From the IMG/VR virus record IMGVR_UViG_3300031134_000612: a stretch of 46,645 nucleotides of DNA; one strand, 5' to 3'. Shown in pieces: positions 37,639 through 46,004 of this stretch (positions are counted from its first letter, which is position 1; every line of letters begins with the position of its first letter). This DNA is from a virus. Lineage: Duplodnaviria > Heunggongvirae > Uroviricota > Caudoviricetes. A program made the translations under genes and the position numbers. The notes below the pieces were generated by a model. That model did not search any database, was not told the origin of the DNA, and was given only the letters and a program-made list of their open reading frames with translations.

Positions 37639-38331
37639 TTATTGTATCGAATACATTGTTACAACATTTAATTCATTTTTATTAAAATCATATAATTTCT
37701 TATTGAATTGATTTTCAAAAATATCAACATCTTGATAACTTATCTTATAACCATCAATAATAACATATTGATTGTAGTAAAAAATATTTAATTTATTGAT
37801 AAATGTAACAACTTTGTCCTTGTTGTTATCAACAAAAGCAAATTTAAATTTATTAATAGTGTTTAGATTATCTAGTTGAAATACTGCCTTTTTTACAGAT
37901 AGAAAACATAAGAATGATATAAAAATATTAACAAAGCTAATATAAGCTACAGTTGCCAGAATATGGCCTTTGGTAACAAAAAATATATTCATTGTAGTTA
38001 AAAGAAGAATGCCGAAACCTATTGCTTCTGGATCACCAATGTACGACATGTAAAATGTTTTATACTTGTAAATAAAGTAAGCATATATTGACATAGGTAG
38101 ACAAAACATTAAAAAAGGCCAAGATACAATTAAAATAATCGACAAGTCAAAAATTTCTTTTTTATCTTCATATAAAATAATAAGATTCAAACCATAAATG
38201 ATATTGGCAATAATCAACATAACAAAAGGTGAAGTCAAAAAACCAATCAAAATATTTTTCTTAGTTATTTTCTTATCACTTTTTGTAGTCAAGCAATTAT
38301 TTATATATTGCTTAATATCTGAAAGTAACAT
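37639..38331 (-). CDS. 4-TM membrane protein family D, copy 3
   Basis: Same architecture; ends KKLYDFNKNELNVVTMYSIQ. Confidence 0.75.
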   Translation of the reverse strand: MLLSDIKQYINNCLTTKSDKKITKKNILIGFLTSPFVMLIIANIIYGLNLIILYEDKKEIFDLSIILIVSWPFLMFCLPMSIYAYFIYKYKTFYMSYIGDPEAIGFGILLLTTMNIFFVTKGHILATVAYISFVNIFISFLCFLSVKKAVFQLDNLNTINKFKFAFVDNNKDKVVTFINKLNIFYYNQYVIIDGYKISYQDVDIFENQFNKKLYDFNKNELNVVTMYSIQ

Positions 38332-39170
38332 TATGATTGATATCTTGTATTACTATACAAGTCCCAACGATCAAGATCAACCTGATTTAAAGAAAATCCA
38401 AGCTTGATCATTTCTTGCTTCGCATCAATAATATTAGCATGACGACTAGGTTTAAGGGTGATGATTTCAAACCCTTGCGTATCCAAGACCAAATCCAGTT
38501 GAAAAGATTCAGTTTCAGGGAATTCAAAGTCTTCTGGAATTCCAGCTTCTTGTTTTGTTTTACCCAACATAGCCAGTACAGAACCAATATCCTGAGATTT
38601 AAATGACATCGGGATTTCAACATGCTGTAATTTATCATCTAGCAGATTCAAAACATCATGCAACGTTCGAAGGTCAGAAATGTCATAATTGATATCCGAT
38701 TCATAAGATGTTTTTACAGCCTTGCAGTAACCTTTAGAAATAAATTCCTCAATGTCTTGAACATCTTTGCCATTACTCGACAATGAGACAAGCTGCAGAT
38801 CTTGTTTACCAACAGTGCGTTTCAATGACATGTAAATTGCAGAAACATTCGTATAGTCTTGCATATCAAGAATCTTCATGGTCTGGAAGTCAATGACCAC
38901 AATACCATAATCAACAGGCCCAAGACCACCAAAAGGTTTAGAACCAAACAATCCAGCGTTAGAATCTTTAAAGGTTCGTGTAACATGGTTGGCGTCGTAG
39001 TCAGCCATCAATTCACGATGATAGTTAACAAACTCGGTAAGATAAGACATATCACCCGCCAGAAAGTTTGGGTTTTTCAGCAACAGTGCTGTCATGCTAT
39101 TAGTCCACACTGGCAATGCCGTGATAACACCTTCTTTATTTCGAACAACGAGTTGAACAGTACCACCCAT
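38331..39170 (-). CDS. MGG-start family, copy 2 (279 aa)
   Basis: MGGTVQLVVRNKEG...PVDYGIVVIDF; SD GGAG. Confidence 0.78.
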   Translation of the reverse strand: MGGTVQLVVRNKEGVITALPVWTNSMTALLLKNPNFLAGDMSYLTEFVNYHRELMADYDANHVTRTFKDSNAGLFGSKPFGGLGPVDYGIVVIDFQTMKILDMQDYTNVSAIYMSLKRTVGKQDLQLVSLSSNGKDVQDIEEFISKGYCKAVKTSYESDINYDISDLRTLHDVLNLLDDKLQHVEIPMSFKSQDIGSVLAMLGKTKQEAGIPEDFEFPETESFQLDLVLDTQGFEIITLKPSRHANIIDAKQEMIKLGFSLNQVDLDRWDLYSNTRYQS

Positions 39171-39240
39171 GATAACACTCCTATCAATAATTAACTATAT
39201 GCTTGAGGTGACATAGAAACCTTAAAAACTAAATTGTAGA

Positions 39241-39555
39241 TTACTCGTGGTTGTTTTTAGCATAGCCAAAGCCATGTTCAATGCAACCTTGTTTAAATTC
39301 TTCATTAAAAGCGTCAAATTCAGCTTCTGACATATTGGAAAATTCCTCAGTGGTCGGCCAACGCTTATCAATCACATGCAAAGAGAAAGAATTCAAAATC
39401 AAACTGGCTAAGATATCCCAGTCAAGGGAATTATTAACCATCGAATCAAATGCATAGGTGTCTTCTTTAATCACTTTAATAAAATCATCATCGCTGATAA
39501 TAACATGTGTGCTATAACGAAGATGATTAACAGCTCTTGTAATAAATTTATTCAC
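39241..39555 (-). CDS. Hypothetical protein (104 aa)
   Basis: ORF directly downstream of 39559..40317. Confidence 0.65.
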   Translation of the reverse strand: MNKFITRAVNHLRYSTHVIISDDDFIKVIKEDTYAFDSMVNNSLDWDILASLILNSFSLHVIDKRWPTTEEFSNMSEAEFDAFNEEFKQGCIEHGFGYAKNNHE

Positions 39556-39558
39556 AAA

Positions 39559-40317
39559 TTAATCCTCATAGGTTCTAATATACGATTTCCATTGTTCTTG
39601 GTCATTAGCTGATAATGTAAACCCAACAGATTGAATATCCATCAAAAATTTCTCAACACTTTCTTTCTGACGTACTTCATAAATAATGGTTTCAAAACCT
39701 TTTTTATCAAAAATCAAATCCAATGAGAATGACTCTTTATTACCGTAACGAATTTTTCTAAGATTTGTAGAGTTTACCAACTGTGTTGTTAAAAATGAAT
39801 TCAATTCGTCTAATGACCGGACATGCGACACATCATAATCAACATCAGAATGGTAATCAGTTTTAATAGACTGAATATGACCGCCATTCAACAAATTATT
39901 CACATTGACCAGATCACCACCAGAACCAATAGACACCATACGAACATCAGTCTGAAATGTTGTATTTTCAAATGCAGCATAAATAGATTTGGAACAAGTG
40001 TATTCTTGCATTTCAAAAATTTTCATTGATTTGAAGTCAAAAACAACAATACCGTAACTCATAGGATACAATCCACCAAAAGAATGGGAGCCATATTCAG
40101 CCGCACCACTGTCTTTAAAATGCTTGGTCAATCTGTTTTCAGCATAATCATCCATCAACTGATGATGATAATTAACAAATTCATTAAAAGTAGTGAAATC
40201 ACCTGCTAAGAATTCTGGGTTTTTTAGGAGTTTGATGGACATACTATTAGTCCATACAGGAAATGATGTAATTTCGCCGTCTTTTTTTCGAACGACTAAT
40301 TGAATTGTTCCACCCAT
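39559..40317 (-). CDS. MGG-start family, copy 3 (252 aa)
   Basis: MGGTIQLVVRKKDG...PMSYGIVVFDF; SD AGGAG; promoter TTGCCT-17-TATAAT at 40378-40350. Confidence 0.78.
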   Translation of the reverse strand: MGGTIQLVVRKKDGEITSFPVWTNSMSIKLLKNPEFLAGDFTTFNEFVNYHHQLMDDYAENRLTKHFKDSGAAEYGSHSFGGLYPMSYGIVVFDFKSMKIFEMQEYTCSKSIYAAFENTTFQTDVRMVSIGSGGDLVNVNNLLNGGHIQSIKTDYHSDVDYDVSHVRSLDELNSFLTTQLVNSTNLRKIRYGNKESFSLDLIFDKKGFETIIYEVRQKESVEKFLMDIQSVGFTLSANDQEQWKSYIRTYED

Positions 40318-40418
40318 GACTGGCTCCTAAATACAATAAATTGAAGGCTATTATAGCAAATTTTCTTTAAACAGGCAAGCATGTAGACAAAAAAAATAGT
40401 GCCTGAGCACTATCTTAA

Positions 40419-40577
40419 TTAAACCACTGATTCCAATTGAGCAACCATTGCTTGAATTCGGTCTTGAATACGTTCCTTAATCTCTGGATTCTTTTCCAAA
40501 TAAGTGGTATTCGCTTTGATTTCAAAACGCAGTTGTTGAAGTTTCAGTGCTACTTGTTTAGCCAGTTTATCAGACAT
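40419..40577 (-). CDS. 52-aa helical protein (not in ORF track)
   Basis: MSDKLAKQVALKLQQLRFEIKANTTYLEKNPEIKERIQDRIQAMVAQLESVV; SD GGAG; terminator ATAGTGC/GCACTAT downstream. Confidence 0.7.
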   Translation of the reverse strand: MSDKLAKQVALKLQQLRFEIKANTTYLEKNPEIKERIQDRIQAMVAQLESVV

Positions 40578-40635
40578 CTTGGTGTATCTCCGTATTAATC
40601 AAAAAACGAATTATACAGATTTTAGTAGCTAATGT

Positions 40636-41124
40636 CTAGAGTTTATTTGGTGGATCTGGCACCATATCTTGCTTAATTTTAGCAATAAAATAGAGCCTGT
40701 CTTTTTCATTACATTTAATAATGATATCTTGTGTATTACCCGCCAGTAAATAGTATCTGTTAGTGTCCATTATTCCTTTTACAAAACCTTTATATTGTTC
40801 TTGATACTGTAAAAATAGTTTTCGGGCATCTGCATCACATGCGGCCCAATCTTTATAGACATCACCATAGGCGTATACGGAATGCACAGTGCTGTCTCTA
40901 TTCAGAACAATCTGATAGTGGTTTAATAATTCAGGAATAGGATGTTCTGGAGTGATATTAATTTTGGTTTTAAAAGGATAGTTAATATAACGATAGTCTT
41001 TATATTCTACTCCCACCTTAACACCAAAAGCATTGATTGCAATATCAGGCACTTGCCAAGTGCCAGCCGTTGAAACTGATGCTAGCAGTGCAGTAAAAGC
41101 CAGTGAAATTGTTTTTAAAAACAT
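40636..41124 (-). CDS. Exported protein family E, copy 1 (162 aa)
   Basis: Signal peptide; FGVKVG and YQIVL...VH.VYA.G motifs; two Cys. Confidence 0.72.
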   Translation of the reverse strand: MFLKTISLAFTALLASVSTAGTWQVPDIAINAFGVKVGVEYKDYRYINYPFKTKINITPEHPIPELLNHYQIVLNRDSTVHSVYAYGDVYKDWAACDADARKLFLQYQEQYKGFVKGIMDTNRYYLLAGNTQDIIIKCNEKDRLYFIAKIKQDMVPDPPNKL

Positions 41125-41210
41125 GATTAATCCTTTAATTTAATATTGAAAGTAAGATGCATTCTATTATAGATGATTGACAATAGAATGCAAAATTATA
41201 CTATGACATC

Positions 41211-41711
41211 TTACAGGTTGTTTTTAATGCCATCGACAGTAAAAACATTGGACTTAGGTTCTTCCAAATCTTTTTTGAGGCGAGCTTCGTAAAGAATTTT
41301 ATCACCTTCACAATACATCTTCACTTCTTGGGTTCTTCCTACATATTCATAGAAACCATCACGTTCCGTATAAGAAATGATATCTGACAAATAGTTATTT
41401 TTAAACATGCCAGCCAAATTATAGGCCATTTCTGGACAAGTGAAGTCTTTATGTTTCATATTTCCTTGGGCATAGACAGTATGAACGGTATTTTCTGGTG
41501 TTAATGTAATTTGATATTTGTTAAACACTTTTGGCATATCATTTTGGGGCAATACATTAATTTTAGTACCAAACAGATAGTCTGAGTAATTGTAGTATTT
41601 ATAAGGGGCACCCAGTTCAATACCGAAGGATTGTATATGCATATCAGCCTGAGCAGTAGAAATAAAAGAAGCGAATACAACAGAGAGAGACAACAACATG
41701 GATTTAAACAT
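41211..41711 (-). CDS. Exported protein family E, copy 2 (166 aa)
   Basis: Signal peptide; FGIELG and YQITL...VHTVYAQG motifs. Confidence 0.72.
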   Translation of the reverse strand: MFKSMLLSLSVVFASFISTAQADMHIQSFGIELGAPYKYYNYSDYLFGTKINVLPQNDMPKVFNKYQITLTPENTVHTVYAQGNMKHKDFTCPEMAYNLAGMFKNNYLSDIISYTERDGFYEYVGRTQEVKMYCEGDKILYEARLKKDLEEPKSNVFTVDGIKNNL

Positions 41712-41770
41712 AACAACTCCTATTTTGAAATATTTTTAATGAAAAAGCCGAATTGAGATTCGGCTACAGA

Positions 41771-42316
41771 TTACAGGTTAATTTTAACGTCTTTAAGTTT
41801 GTTTATAGGTACATAAAAATCATTCAGATCTTGACGATAAGCGTAACTATAAGAAATTTGACCTGCAATACACTGAATAGATGCAATGACAAAATCATTC
41901 ATGTAGACATATTGACCATTTTTATTATCAAGTGGACGCATAATGCCATTTCCCTGACCATTTCCATATTTCAACATAAAACTTCTATTGAGAGCTGCTG
42001 CCACTTCAATGCAAGTAAAATTCTTATTAGACAAATCACCCGTAGCAATAAATTTATACACTCGTTCATCAGGCGTTTGAATAACTCGATAAGTGTCAAA
42101 AAAAGTTGTCAATGGATCTTTTGGTTGAATATAGATATATTCATTTGTTTTTTTTGTAACGGGTAGTTCTGCAATCGGTTGACCTAGAGTGACCCCAAAA
42201 GAAGATATAAACGAAATTTGTTTAACAGGCTCTAATTCCGCTGATAGACAAGACAACGACACAAAAGAGAGGATACACAAAGAAAAAGTTAGTGCGATAC
42301 GTTTTAGTTTCATCAT
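41771..42316 (-). CDS. Exported protein family E, copy 3 (181 aa)
   Basis: ATG 42316 after AAGGA; signal peptide; FGVTLG and YRVIQT..ERVYKFIATG motifs. Confidence 0.68.
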   Translation of the reverse strand: MMKLKRIALTFSLCILSFVSLSCLSAELEPVKQISFISSFGVTLGQPIAELPVTKKTNEYIYIQPKDPLTTFFDTYRVIQTPDERVYKFIATGDLSNKNFTCIEVAAALNRSFMLKYGNGQGNGIMRPLDNKNGQYVYMNDFVIASIQCIAGQISYSYAYRQDLNDFYVPINKLKDVKINL

Positions 42317-42401
42317 TTTAAAAGTCCTTAAATAAGAAAAGTGCCTCAAATGAAGACACTTTTGGAAACGCTAGTATACCTTAAAGTTGATTAAATATCA
42401 A

Positions 42402-42959
42402 TCACTCTTTAAATTTTTCGTGAATGTAGGCAATGGCCTTTTCAAACACTTCAAGGTTGGTGGTTGAAGTATCATCAGGGAAGATGATTTTCTGGCAGCA
42501 TTCAGTCACCATGCAGTTATCAATCCGATCCAAGTCTTCAATGAGTTGTCCCTCTTTATCAAAGTAACAGCCATCAAGTAACACCACTTCACCAGAAGCT
42601 ACAAGCTTTTCAAGGTAAGTGCGGTTATCAGTGGAATAACCATAAACAGGCTTATGAATCATGTCGGCAGCGGCCATTTCAGCAGCCGTACCTACGTCCA
42701 TACCCGTGCCACGAAACGGGGACATGTTAGCCACCACGATGTCACAAGAACGCACACCTTCAATACAAGCCTTTTTACAAATATCGGCTCGTTGAGCATT
42801 GTTATAACGTGGGTTGGAAAAGAGATCTTTGGGCAACAAATCCAGCGGGAATACACCCACAAAACCATACTTGGCACAGATTGCTTTTTTAGCTTCTCCG
42901 ATTTCAACAGCTTTTGGGTAGAAGACATCTGGGCCAGCAATATAGATTTTTTGAGACAT
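42402..42959 (-). CDS. Nucleoside 2-deoxyribosyltransferase family protein
   Basis: KIYIAGPDVF...FPLD...CDIVVANMSPFRG...DVGTAAEM...KPVYGY. Confidence 0.88.
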   Translation of the reverse strand: MSQKIYIAGPDVFYPKAVEIGEAKKAICAKYGFVGVFPLDLLPKDLFSNPRYNNAQRADICKKACIEGVRSCDIVVANMSPFRGTGMDVGTAAEMAAADMIHKPVYGYSTDNRTYLEKLVASGEVVLLDGCYFDKEGQLIEDLDRIDNCMVTECCQKIIFPDDTSTTNLEVFEKAIAYIHEKFKE

Positions 42960-42996
42960 ACAATAATACTCCGGTGATTTAAATAAGGTGAATAAC

Positions 42997-43212
42997 TTAG
43001 TTTTCTTTATAATTCGAATTATACTCGTTTGGCATCAAGCACGCAAGCACAATATACAACAAGATGAATGCTCCTGATGTAAATAAAATGAGAGCCAAGA
43101 AACCAAGACGAACTAAAAATGGATTAATGCCGTAAGCTTTGCAAATACCACCTAAAACGCCTGAAACCCATTTGTCAGTAAGGTTGGTTTTTGTAACTTT
43201 TTTATTGGACAT
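42997..43212 (-). CDS. pspC: PspC-domain membrane protein (71 aa)
   Basis: DKWVSGVLGGICKAYGINPFLVRLGF...LYIVLACLMP; ATG 43212 after SD AGGAG. Confidence 0.85.
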   Translation of the reverse strand: MSNKKVTKTNLTDKWVSGVLGGICKAYGINPFLVRLGFLALILFTSGAFILLYIVLACLMPNEYNSNYKEN

Positions 43213-43337
43213 TGATAATCTCCTTGTTGATGGCCTTATTATACTACAAAGGCAAGTAGACCGCAAGGATTATGGTTGTGTTAAATTGTTTCAAGAAGAA
43301 ACTGCAGTTTCTCTACTGCAGCTTCTAAGTAAGACAG

Positions 43338-43583
43338 TTAAATCCACTTCACGTTCAGCAAGGCCGAAATACCAGACTTGTTGAGAGCTACATGGTCAGC
43401 GACAACCACCATCAGATCAAGATTAGCAGATTGATGATGCTGAATTGTAGAAATCATATCAGTCGAGATATCAATTTCATCAGCGATGACCACCAGTGCA
43501 ATATTGTCTCGTTGGGACTGTGCAACAAAGGCTTCAATAGCCGATTCATGGCAAATGGTACCCAGTACTTTATTCTCTTTCAT
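43338..43583 (-). CDS. Hypothetical protein (81 aa)
   Basis: ATG 43583 after SD GGAG. Confidence 0.6.
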   Translation of the reverse strand: MKENKVLGTICHESAIEAFVAQSQRDNIALVVIADEIDISTDMISTIQHHQSANLDLMVVVADHVALNKSGISALLNVKWI

Positions 43584-43608
43584 CTTTAAACTCCTTTCAA
43601 TAAGAAGG

Positions 43609-44517
43609 CTACTGAATGTGGCCTTCATGTTTCAAAATCATAACCTGAGCAACTTTAATAGCGTCTTCAAGTTCACCTCTAAACATCGTGATAAATGCCC
43701 CTTTATGGCAGAAGAACAAGCCTTTAATACCAGAAGCTTTTTCAAGTTCTTCTCCGCTCAATCCAAGCCATTCTTGTGGAGCTGGAACTCGTTTAGAATA
43801 GTCATCATTAGCGGTCAATGGAACCGTTTCAATTGCCCATGCTCCCTTACTGTGTGGATAGATAACCATTTTTTTATCTGGCAAATGAGCAACACGTTTT
43901 GCAGCGTCTTTAATATTACTTTCACATACTACGATATTTTTATATTTTTCACTATTTTTAATAGCTTTAGCAATCGCCTTTTCAGCTTTCATGTTACCAC
44001 GAACATAAACAAAATAGTTAATAAAGTGAGATTTAGCTGGCTTAAGTGCCATCATAAACTGTTTATCTTGTTCTCGTGGGTCATCAGGCTTGCGGTTATA
44101 CATGACCAAGAAATTACAATCGCTGAATTTGGCAATGCCATTGTCTTGCATATCAACACGACGAATAAATTCTTGTTCCAACACGTTCATTGTTTCATCA
44201 TTCATTTTGCCGTTAAGGTATTTGTTGGCACGCAACCATTTCCATACCATACCACAAGACGACAAGGGCACACCGTCATCCCAGCAAAGGCTAGAATCAT
44301 TCTGGTGATGATCAAAGTTACGCATAGCTGGATCATATTTCAAACCTACGTCAACCACAAAGGTATCAGGTTCAGCTTGACCAGCCTCAATAATGGCTTT
44401 GTTACGAGTGCGAATTAATTCAAATTTTTGTCCATCAAATACATAAAGAGACAAAAGGGCAACAGCCATCAATTCATCAAGGTGAAATTGTTGAGAATGC
44501 GTGATTACTTTAAACAT
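43609..44517 (-). CDS. MYG1 (UPF0160) family DHH-like exonuclease
   Basis: THSQQFHLDE, IRTR, VVDVG..YD....FDHHQ, LSSCGMVW and VDMQDNG motifs. Confidence 0.88.
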   Translation of the reverse strand: MFKVITHSQQFHLDELMAVALLSLYVFDGQKFELIRTRNKAIIEAGQAEPDTFVVDVGLKYDPAMRNFDHHQNDSSLCWDDGVPLSSCGMVWKWLRANKYLNGKMNDETMNVLEQEFIRRVDMQDNGIAKFSDCNFLVMYNRKPDDPREQDKQFMMALKPAKSHFINYFVYVRGNMKAEKAIAKAIKNSEKYKNIVVCESNIKDAAKRVAHLPDKKMVIYPHSKGAWAIETVPLTANDDYSKRVPAPQEWLGLSGEELEKASGIKGLFFCHKGAFITMFRGELEDAIKVAQVMILKHEGHIQ

Positions 44518-44549
44518 TTGATTTAATCCTGTTTGTTTTGAATGCAGTG

Positions 44550-44578
44550 ATTATAGCAAATTTTTAAATTATGGTCAA
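44550..44578 (-). promoter_or_regulatory. Sigma70 promoter with extended -10
   Basis: TTGACC-17 nt-TATAAT with TGC. Confidence 0.65.
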
Positions 44579-44601
44579 GAAAAAAGCCTCCTAAGAGACT
44601 T

Positions 44602-45036
44602 TTAATCAGTAGAGCTACTGCTACTACTATCACTATCGCTACTATTACCACCACCCCCTCCACCGCCACCACTGGTTGTAGTGTTGTTACTATCACCATA
44701 GGTATTATTGTTGTGTGGCGTATGGATTGGAGCACTATCAACAAAACCAGTTTCATGTTTACGATGTTTAGTAGAGACATCATCATCATAAAAGGTGTTG
44801 TTTAAGGGGGAGTTCGGATTCAATGGATGAAGTGGATTTGAAAAAACATCACTACCATTATCAGCCGTTCGCATACGTTCCCGATCACGGCGTTCACGTT
44901 CTTCTCGTTCTCGTCTAGCTTTTTCGAGAATGCGATCATGATCTTCTTTTTTAGCTTTTTCCAATACTGAAGGCTCGATAGGTTGTTTAGTTTCTTTAAC
45001 TTTAAAACCGAAAAGCTTCTTTACTGTATCTAGCAT
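44602..45036 (-). CDS. Hypothetical protein with charged coil and Gly/Ser low-complexity tail (144 aa)
   Basis: SD GGAG; REREERERRDRER segment and GGGGGGG...SSSSSS tail. Confidence 0.7.
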   Translation of the reverse strand: MLDTVKKLFGFKVKETKQPIEPSVLEKAKKEDHDRILEKARREREERERRDRERMRTADNGSDVFSNPLHPLNPNSPLNNTFYDDDVSTKHRKHETGFVDSAPIHTPHNNNTYGDSNNTTTSGGGGGGGGNSSDSDSSSSSSTD

Positions 45037-45131
45037 TGTAAATCTCCTTTAGATTTAGTAGTCTTGCTCATTTCTATTTTTTTTTTGCGTGCAAATTGTA
45101 ACAGCTTTCTTTTCAAAAAGCTATTATTTTT

Positions 45132-45935
45132 TTACTTCACAAAAGAGACAATCTTAAAACGAGAATTCAATTTACTCAGTCTATCAGCAATGTCTAATGG
45201 CACATTACTCAACACCAAGATATCTTTTTTATCGTTATACTGTTCATCAATATGGACAACATGGTCAATATCACGGATATCTGAAAGTCGGTGCGAAATC
45301 TGTTCATAGTCCATAAAAATAGGGTTAACATTGTCCATCGACTTCATTTGTTCTCTCAATTCAACAAGCACTGGTGAACTTTTTTCGAGACTAACCACCT
45401 GATTGACATCAGCCAGAATAAAACCTTTTCTAGCGTGTTTCAGCCATTTTTCATTTTTGCGTAAGATGATTTCATTTATGACAGCATGATCATTGCTTTG
45501 CATCGCCATCAAGAGAGCACATTGTTTAATAACAGTATCAATTCTTGCCAACACATCTTCTTTGGATACTTTACCCTTGTAAACACTTGTGGCGACACCT
45601 GAATATTTTTGAACAGCTTCTGCAAAACGGCCTACATAACCCGTCAATTTAATGAATCCGATGTGGAAACTTTCACGTTGATAAGAAGCTGCTTCATCAA
45701 AGGCACTAGAAATAAGGGTATTCAAGGCTTCAAAGTCATCAGACAGGTCAAGATGAATAGAAACAGCTACCAGCAAGGTATCAATGGTTTCTTCAAGCAT
45801 TTCTGGGAAATCTGATAAAACAATAGCTTCTCCGAATTCACCCATTTCTTCGGTAAGCTTAGTATTACGTTGAAATAAAGTTTTTTTATCAAAAATCATT
45901 GAATTTTTAACTAATTTTTGTTGTAAATCTATCAT
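45132..45935 (-). CDS. MazG-like NTP pyrophosphohydrolase, probably two tandem helical domains
   Basis: KLTEEMGEFGEAI...EETIDTL (ExxE...ExxD) plus a second KLTGYVGRFAEAVQK helix pair. Confidence 0.65.
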   Translation of the reverse strand: MIDLQQKLVKNSMIFDKKTLFQRNTKLTEEMGEFGEAIVLSDFPEMLEETIDTLLVAVSIHLDLSDDFEALNTLISSAFDEAASYQRESFHIGFIKLTGYVGRFAEAVQKYSGVATSVYKGKVSKEDVLARIDTVIKQCALLMAMQSNDHAVINEIILRKNEKWLKHARKGFILADVNQVVSLEKSSPVLVELREQMKSMDNVNPIFMDYEQISHRLSDIRDIDHVVHIDEQYNDKKDILVLSNVPLDIADRLSKLNSRFKIVSFVK

Positions 45936-46004
45936 TATAATTCCTCTAAGTTAAACAAATATGCCACATGAGCCAAGTATACCAGATGCTAACTTCGTTT
46001 TCAA

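Noticed and set aside
43297-43312. 16-bp perfect palindrome AGAAACTGCAGTTTCT as an operator
   Set aside because: It overlaps a CTGCAG/CTGCAG hairpin with a T-rich tail, which is adequately explained as the terminator of the upstream operon.
43486-44418. 310-aa plus-strand ORF
   Set aside because: Antisense shadow of the well-supported MYG1 gene; no SD or recognisable motifs.
44602-44700. Ser/Gly run as a second tRNA-sensing element
   Set aside because: It lies at the end of a normal-length protein, uses mostly AGY Ser codons not read by the array tRNAs, and has no attenuator structure.
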